Shown: in pieces, positions 55,966-64,000 of the stretch
Layout of the letters: each line of letters starts with the position of its first letter
Numbering within the stretch: the stretch's first letter is position 1
Source of the DNA: Balanoglossus misakiensis
Taxonomy: Eukaryota > Animalia > Hemichordata
Length of the DNA stretch: 64,000 nucleotides
NCBI GenBank assembly: GCA_040954595.2
Contig: CM082594.2
Coordinates: 2,961,319-3,025,318, forward strand
Direction: 5' to 3'
The notes under the pieces: generated by a model
Databases searched by the model: none
Told to the model about the DNA's origin: nothing
What the model saw: the letters and a program-made list of their open reading frames with translations, nothing else
Made by a program: the position numbers and the translations under genes

Positions 55966-56429
55966 TGATATTGACTTGGATCCATCGACGTATTGAAATG
56001 GCCACAAATTACAATGTTGTCACCCTCAAACATTCACTTGGTTTACAAAATTACAAAGACTAGTAAAAAGTTTGCAGAAGTACTGTTCGGAACACAAATA
56101 TTGAAAAGACGGAGGGAAGATCCCTTGAAATCTAATTCAACACTGAAAAATCTCATAATGTTATTTTTATATGCACATCACTAATGGCAATAGGAATGCT
56201 TTTGAAAAAAAGTATCGCAGCCCCACAACTATGTACTGTGCCGTGATTATATAAAAGGTTACCTCCCCATTCTCTATTCCATATTTTCTCTTCACTTTTT
56301 TTCATTTACTATAGGTCTCTCGCAAGCAAACACTACGGAAACATTGTCGTTTCTTCTGACAGACTTCAGAAAAAAGGTGTGATAGCTTTATTTTTAAATT
56401 CTCTTTCTAGGCGCGCAGACTATTGCACC

Positions 56430-59400
56430 ATGAAAGCTGTTTGGTGTTTCTTCTGCATGAATCTACTGATGTATGGGAATGAGATGGTGGCATGGTCGCG
56501 TGCAACTGGTAGCAGTCATCAGACACCTCCTTTGACTCCCGCTCCACATTCGTCGGTGCCGTCGACGGCGCAGTCGACGACTCCTTCTGCCATCGACGAG
56601 ATTACAACTCGGCCTCCCAGGTATTATGCTGTGTCTCCAGAGTCTTTGCGGTGCCACTACCCGACAAGTGGAAATCCACTGGACTCGTGCTTGACACCCA
56701 GCGGGCTACTCTGCAATGGCACAGTGACTGTGAGAGCCTCAACGCACGACAACTTTATCTGCTCCTGCCAGCCCGAATGCCTGTGGCGTGGAGATTGCTG
56801 TCGCGACTTCGAAGAGAAATGTTACGGTGGCGACAACGGGTTGACGAACACGGAAGAAATATGGGTGCCTGAATCCTGCATGAAAGTCACAGGCGGTCGC
56901 CTTCATGTGATGGTGACGCATAAGTGTCCCAGAGACTGGTTGCATGAGAGTACCCGGCAGCAGTGTGAAGGTGGCAGCGGTAAGGTCATTTGTGTTTTCT
57001 GAGGTGACATTGCCTCATTTTGTTCTGCTCAACTGCTCAGTGCTGAACGTTCGTATTTTATTATTTTAGAGAGAAATAAACGTGGAAACATGATTTCGAA
57101 GCAGAACTAGTTCAACATCTGCTCCAAATTAAAGGGCATGCATGTTCACATTCAATGTACGATGTACAGTGGAGCAGAGGTTATTGCCAAGTTGCTTTGA
57201 TACAACCTCACTGATTGGTTGGGTCTCCTACAACCACACAGGGAGCTCTTCCTCCTTGTTTGTCTATAGGCCTATAGGAGTGATGATGTGCAGCAAATGA
57301 ACCCCAACCCTTACAAGTTACCCCAATTCTTGTACCCTAACCCTAACCTGTCAACAAACAAACAAACAAACAAAAACAAACGTGAGCATATTTTGAAACA
57401 TGTATATTTTTTTATTATACAAAATGTATTAATCAATATTAACAGAACATATACACACGCGCACACGTACACACGCACACTATATGCAACAGTGGGGGAA
57501 AAGGCTGCTACATGTATTGTGTTTGTAAACAGAAAAGACGCAGTTCAGACCAACCCCCCCCCCCTTTTAACACGTGTCGTTTTTATTTCATCACAGATGC
57601 GTCTCTTTATGAAGTGACTCCAGTGGTGGATGTTTTCGGAGGAGGCCGGGTATACAGGAACATCTATTGCGCTATGTGTAATTGGGTGAATGAATCAAGC
57701 GTTCAGTTTGCCGGCTTACTGTGGCAATGCTCGCGCCGTGCCAGCAGCGTTCGAGATAATATCGAAGAACTTGGGGTCAACATTTCCTCGATTCTCTCCT
57801 TAGTTAGAAACGACGAATTGTGTCCAATGACACCGGATATCCCCGAAGAACTCCGACGTGATGACGACGCGTGTTTTCGGCCCGTGGACACCTGCCCTGT
57901 TGGCTATCACAATGCCACGATTATCGACTTGTGTCACAGTTATACGGCAATAGTTTCGGTGGTGTCAAGTCGGCGAGGCGGGACGATTTATTATAAGAAC
58001 ATTCATTGTGCTATATGCAATACAGAGGAAATGTATTTTTCCTGGGTATCCTGTGGTTTACCACCGCTGGAACATATACACGGTATACGCAATCCCACAT
58101 ATGATGTATTGTTTGATTTCAATGCCCAGGGTGAGCAGCGAGTTACCTACAAATATATTTCTCTCCAAGAACAAATTGATTGTGGAGAAAACGAGTTCTT
58201 TGATATGTTCATAGAGAAGTGTGTTTTAAAAGTTTCTTTGGAAAACACTTTATTGGCCGATGATGATTCCGGCATCAACTTGGCGAGCACCCCAGTGTCA
58301 GATTGGCTAGATCTTAACAGTTCCTTTGTGGAATTGAAAGGCGATGAATCTGTAGAGATTGTTCTCAGTTTCCGGATTTTCTTTCCATCGCAAACTTATC
58401 TGTGCGATATGACTCAACTAAAAAGCAACGTGACGTCACTGGTTAAAAATATCTTCGTTAACGATACCTACAATATTGCAACGTCACAATACCGCATAGA
58501 TGAATCTTCCGAGGGCTTTCTTGTCACCTTGTCGGTTGTTCTTGAAATTGAATCGCGTTTTATGAGAGATTTTCTGCCAACAGCGTGCATGACATCCTGG
58601 TTGAAATTGGGTTCAATATTGCCCATCGTGGCGGACGTCAAATCGGTGACGTTTGAAATGAGAAACGCCGCGTGTGACAACGACACATCGCAAACAACGG
58701 TTGGGGGTCACGTGCTAATTTACAACAACGGAACTTCAGAGGAAGATTCCGCGGCCAATGTAACACGGCACTCAATGTACAGCTCCGAGCTTTTCAAATC
58801 TAAGTCGTGCCATTATGGCGGAGAAGGTCCCCTACTAGGATTTGAACTTGAAGTCGTGTTGTGTGCAAAGAAGGGCAAAGAGGGGGATGATTCAGGTCTG
58901 AGTTGTCCAACAGGAACGATTCTGAAGGTCTCCGAGGGCAATTTTGTGGTCGGTGACGATGTTCTTTCCGTCAGCTCGTGGAAGTATCCAAAAGAATTGT
59001 TTGTCCTATCGAGGGATGGCTCCTTCGCCCTTGTGTGCCACGCGAAGTTTACGAGGGCTTCGTTTTGGCACGTGAACTCTAAAACAAAACTGAAACAGTC
59101 GCTGACTCTCATTGGTTGTATCCTATCCATCGTGTGTCTGTTTGTCACAATCGTGACAATCTGCGCCTTCAAAAAAATGCGAAATCGACCCGGAAAGATT
59201 ATACTGAACTTGGCTGTTGCTCTCATTGTTGCGCAGTTGCTGTTCGTGTCAGTATTGGATGTCACTACGTGGCCATGGTTGTGCAAGACAACTGCTATTG
59301 TTTCCCACTATGTTTGGCTTGCAGTGTTCTGCTGGATGAGTGTCATGTCCGTTGACATCGTGTATATGCGCACGCGGCTGACACGACCCGCATCTGCGAA

Positions 59401-59893
59401 TGGCAGAATTTTTTTGTATTACTGCATCTACGCCTGGCTGCTGCCTCTCCTCGTGGTGGGCGTCTGCGTGGCCATTGATTTCTTGGCTCCCACTGACTAC
59501 CAGATTGGTTACAGTGAAGGCGGCCACGTGTGTTGGATCGGCCGCCCCACTCCTTTGATAATCACATTCGTGGGTCCTGTTGGCGTTGTTCTGGTTTTCA
59601 ACATAGTTTGCTTTGCGTACACTTTGTACTCGATATTTAAGTCGGAAAGGGAAATGAAAAACCATCGTCAGAAATCGTACACGACTCAGCACATCATCTT
59701 CTCAGTGAAGATGTCCACGGTCATTGGGCTGACGTGGATTATTGGATTCGTGGATGGCTTCTTTCAGTCCGACGTTTTAGATTATATATTCATTTGTTCA
59801 AATACCTTGCAAGGCGTGTTCATATTCGGAGCGTTTCTCTTGCGCGTGCGCACAGCTGGGTTGTATCGCGACCTGTGTTGCCCGTCTCAATAG
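56430..59893 (+). CDS. Family B (adhesion/Methuselah-like) G protein-coupled receptor with N-terminal somatomedin-B domain (~948 aa)
   Basis: Exons 56430-56979 and 57597-59893 (phase 1). Signal peptide, S/T/P-rich stretch, SMB motif CSCQPECLWRGDCCRDFEEKC, twin motifs YRNIYCAMCN and YKNIHCAICN. 7TM_2 hallmarks: IGCILSIVCL, MRNRPGKIILNL, WLCKTTAIVSHYVWLAVFCWM, YAWLLP, CWI, IGLTWIIGF, NTLQGVFIF. Confidence 0.93.
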
Positions 59894-60754
59894 CAACGCC
59901 TGCATTTGCTCCCCAGTTACTCACAACTTGATCTCGTAAATGACCAAACGTCTGGTTGTGTGTTTGAAGGAGGGGTCTACATGTACAATGTATGTGGTGT
60001 GTTAACCAAGGTATGTGCACGCCTAATTGTCCAGAAGCGGATTTGTCCCCCGAATTTCGGAAAAATTATGGGAAGGCTCTTAGTTAAGTCAGCTAAATGT
60101 GAGAGAAATGCTGTATGTTTAAGAAGTTTACCTATACGTCACTGATTTATAAGACCTCAATGATATAATTCACACAAAAAGTGTCGAAGTTGGATTGTGC
60201 TGGGGAAATAAAGGGCCATATGTTGACTGCCGTTTATAAGACTGTATCAACCTCAACAAAACGTATTCCATCACTTCCCTCGTGAATCGTTCATGTCCAG
60301 TGACTATCGGGATGAGCTCCAATATGTTCATCTTGTGATTTCTACAATAAAAGCCACAAAGGCTGACACTTGTAGCATATATTTGATGGACAAAATACTC
60401 TATAAAATAGATCCTAATAGCCGCGTGTGCATACCACGATAGCTCTGTACTCTTGCATTGGGCGGCTGAATAAACGGGTGCGGCACTCATTTATTATTAA
60501 CTTGTTTATATTTACATGTATTGCCACAAGGTTGATAACATGTTTGTGTTCGCTCATGGCCCACTCTAAGTTTGACAGTTAAATCATCAATGAAAGAAAT
60601 TTCAACTATTGGGGCCTTTAATGTTGTATGTCTCCACTAATGTAGATCCAGCGGGCATAAATACTGAAAAAAGACATTTTATCGTTGCGGTCTCTGCTCA
60701 GATTTTTACACTTTGTCGGTGAATTTCATACGTGGCACAGTTTACTGTTTGTGC

Positions 60755-61720
60755 GTCGTAGATTTCAGAGTGCATGGTGCTTTAACGGTTCGTAGATTTC
60801 AGAAATGCCGATTTTACCGTTCGTACATTTCAGAAGTTGCGATTTTATCTTTCGAAGATTTTAGAAATGTCGTTTTTACCATTCGTAGACATTATAAATG
60901 ACGATTTTACTGTTCGTAGATTTCAAAATGGCGATTATATCTTTCGCGGCAGATTTCAGAAATGGCGATTATAACATTTGTATAATTGAGAAGTGGCGAT
61001 TATACCGTTCGTTTATTTCCAAAAAGGCGATTTATCGCTCTTATATTTCAAAATGGCGTGTTTACCTTTCGTAGATTTCGGAAAAGGCGATTATACCGAT
61101 CGCAGAATTCAGAAGTGGCGATTTTTATCATTCGTAGATTTCATTTATGACGATTTAACCGTTCCTAGATGTCAGACGTGGCAATTTTACCATTTTTTCC
61201 GTGTATTTTAGTCTGAGAAATGCCGAATTTACCGTTCGTTGATTTCAGAAGCGGCGATTTTATCGTCCTTAATAGATTTCAGAACTTGTTTAGACGTGGC
61301 AATTTTACTGTTTTTTTCTCGTAGATTTTAGAAATGCCGATTTTACCGTTCGTAGATTTCAGACGTGGCGATTTTCCTGTATTTTGTGGATTTCAGAAAT
61401 GCCGATTTTACCGTTGGTTGATTTTAGAAATGCTGATTTTACCGTTCGTAGATTTCAGAAATGGCTATTTTACCGTTCGTAGATTTCAGACGTGGCGATT
61501 TTCCTGTATTTTGTGGATTTCAGAAATGCCGATTTTACCGTTGGTTGATTTTAGAAATGCTGATTTTACCGTTCGTAGATTTCAGAAATGGCTATTTTAC
61601 CGTTCGTAGATTTCGGACGTGTCAATTTTACTGTTTTTTTCTTGGATTTCAGAAATGCCGATTTACCGTTCGTTAATTTGAAGAGGTAATTTTACCGTTC
61701 ATAGATTTTCAGATGTGGTA
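60755..61720. repeat. ~31-bp minisatellite array (~30 units) with a 127-bp higher-order repeat
   Basis: Consensus gtagatttcagaaatg(g/c)cgattttaccgttc; agacgtggcgattttcctgtattttgtgg recurs at 61361 and 61488. Confidence 0.9.
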
Positions 61721-61834
61721 AATATTACTATATTTGTTCGGAGATGTTTCAAATGCACTTGTTAAACTCAAGGTATATACTAGTAACCCCTCACTGTCGC
61801 AGTACGAAATAATTTGAAACGATTTGAGACAATT

Positions 61835-62120
61835 TGGTCTCTCATTCAATAATTTGCACGATAACCCCTAATTTGTTATTCTCAATAAAATAATTTGAAA
61901 TTGCCTTGAGAAAGATTGAAATTGCATTTGGAAAGATATGAGACACATTTTAAGACTTTGATTTCAGGGGAGCATATAATTGAATGATAAAGCGTGTCTG
62001 TTCTCTCGTTCAATTATACTTGCACGATGACCCCTAATTTTTGATTTTCAATTTAAGTGAAAATAATCTGAAGTTGTCTTGCGATAAATATAAGAGAGAG
62101 TTTATGAAATTGATTTTAGG
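61835..62120. repeat. Diverged ~165 bp tandem duplication
   Basis: tctctc.ttcaat...ttgcacgat.acccctaattt at about 61838 and 62002. Confidence 0.6.
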
Positions 62121-62539
62121 GACTCGTTTTACTTGCAAGTTTAAGTTAATATGTTCTTTGAATCAAGACAATTGGTTTACAATTAACAGAAGGTGTTTAT
62201 AACAAATACCATTACTATCTGTCAACGATGTATTTTTTCTGATTCTGTAAGAAATGTACAATTATTGACATACTTGATAAATACTGTACCAAGTGGCGTA
62301 TGAAAGTGAATTTTAACAAGATGATAGCTGTAGAAGGTTGCATTTTGGGAACACACTTTATCGATATCGTTTCCTATTGGCGTACCTCGCATGGTCTTGA
62401 AAAGCAGCAAAATCAGTAGCCATACACGACACTAAAAAGACGAGGAATCTATTGTCAGCCGCCAGATGGAAACTAGAGCGTATTCCCTTTAAGGATGTAC
62501 GTTCGTCAAAATTGAAAGTACTGTCATTTCTTTTAATTG

Positions 62540-62900
62540 TGGATTTTTGGATCATCCTGTGTATGTATAATAAAAATTCGTGATAAAATATACATGTAGG
62601 GGTCACCGCGCTTGTCTTTTGAAATACAGAGCCAAGTTTTGTCGACAATAGAAGAAAACTGCTGACTCTGCATTTTTTCACCAATGGTTTGTCTAAGGGC
62701 AAATATTTTAACGAAATTTATCTCAAAACAGAGCGCGGTGACCACACGATTTCATTTGACCAACAAATTGATATTTACTGGACTGAGCTATGTGTAAAAT
62801 TTCGTGAAAATGACAATAGTTGAAGTTTGTTTTCTAGCAATTCTCAATGTAATCCTATGGGGAAAAGACGAGTGCGCGCAGTTTTCCGGTTTATGTTCTG
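62540..62900. mobile_element. Dispersed repeat fragment shared with 35770-36170
   Basis: Shared blocks ggatttttgg, ggtcaccgcgcttgt, ttttcaccaatggtttgtcta, gactgagcta and aaaatgacaatagt. Confidence 0.7.
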
Positions 62901-64000
62901 CGCGTAAGTGCCACTGTAAGTTATTACCGTTTCTCTGCTACGGATCAGAGATTTGGGGGATGGTTCAACTTTTGCCAGATGCCCCAGGGGAAGACCTCCA
63001 GGGCCGAAGTATTTGATGTGCCGACACAACTGGGCAACATTCTACTCTCTTATAGTTTCGCTCACGTTCAGATCTCTCAGGAGATTGTTGAAAAAAGAAA
63101 ACATCAAAAATATGTCTTTGAACTTGGAGGCAAAGTCTGATATTTGTTTGTTTGTCTTTTTTCATCTCCCTTCATATTATTGAAGAGAGATCAACGAAAT
63201 AATGTACCATTTTACTATCTCTCTATACCATTTTCTGTTATAAGCCGATTGTACGCTGACTGAAGGCTTTGAAAAGCAATAAACTACTATGTGTATCTAC
63301 CCTTGGACTTTTTGCATGTGCTCTTTGACTTTGTTGTGTGCTGCTGAAAGTGCTAGACTAGGGTGCAACCTCGGTATGAAGAAGTTATGGTGTCGATTCA
63401 AAGACCAGACTGAGGAAAAACATCGCAGATCAAAATTCCTCACAAGGGTCTGTTTTGTGTGTCGCATAGAAAACGCATTTCAAGTTATTAGGCTTCCTTG
63501 GTATTTTTGAATGTCAAAGTGCTATAGCCTGCAGTGAGCGTACATTCTTAACGTATGATGCGAGTCGACCGTTTCGCTTATGACTGAACCAATCACCCTT
63601 GCTTCCAAGGGTGACCTCTGGCGAAACAGAAGCACTTTCTAGGGTGACCTTCAGTCACCAATATCAACATCCTTCGCCATGGAGTGCCACATCTCCGTTG
63701 AATGCGCATGAGCAAATGTGAACAACGGTCACATCACGATAGGCGTAGCCATTGGTGCGTAAAATGTCGGCAGTGAGCAGACCTTGGAGGGTTATAGACT
63801 TCGATTATTCAAAAATGGCAAGGAAGCACAGCAAGTGTAGTGAACTTGTGAAAAACAGACTATTTAAAGAATTGTAGCTTGGTGCCAGTCCTCCAAGTCT
63901 GGACTTGCTCCAAGTCTATGGGCTTCATTATGTGTAGCCGAGGGAACGACAAACTGATGCAAATGCAAGTAATATGGCTCAACGGTGAGGATTTTAAAGG

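Noticed and set aside
56377-56410. Possible 34-nt 5' UTR intron in the GPCR gene
   Set aside because: Too short to be credible; alternative acceptors at 56314 and 56410 are more likely, and cannot be resolved without transcripts.
60755-61720. CRISPR-like array of ~31-bp repeats
   Set aside because: Units are head-to-tail with no unique spacers, there are no cas genes, and the context is eukaryotic.
63500-64000. Slightly GC-richer stretch at the window end
   Set aside because: No sustained reading frame or recognisable motif in the frames I examined.

Overview
Eukaryotic, AT-rich, intron-containing DNA, probably from a marine invertebrate (a deuterostome such as a hemichordate is my inference, not established). 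Manual GT-AG splicing gives four genes, all predicted extracellular or cell-surface. (1) 4512-17475 (+): 21 exons, about 1384 aa, signal peptide, nine CUB domains and a trypsin-fold domain with all three catalytic residues replaced. (2) 18141-27872 (-): 15 coding exons, about 837 aa, type I membrane protein with EMI-like and EGF-like domains and unassigned beta-rich modules. (3) 38153-42217 (+): 4 exons, likely GPI-anchored, two copies of an unassigned ~140 aa domain, and an in-frame TGA in the signal-peptide exon. (4) 56430-59893 (+): 2 coding exons, about 948 aa, somatomedin-B-containing family-B/adhesion-like GPCR. A composite duplication at 44377-51019 joins a frameshifted copy of the pseudoprotease exon to a copy of 32133-37350. 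The rest contains many TTAA-flanked and 9-bp-TSD miniature inverted-repeat elements, hairpin elements with interlocked inverted repeats, LINE and LTR remnants, microsatellites and a 31-bp minisatellite. All coordinates and counts were made by eye, with no database searches.
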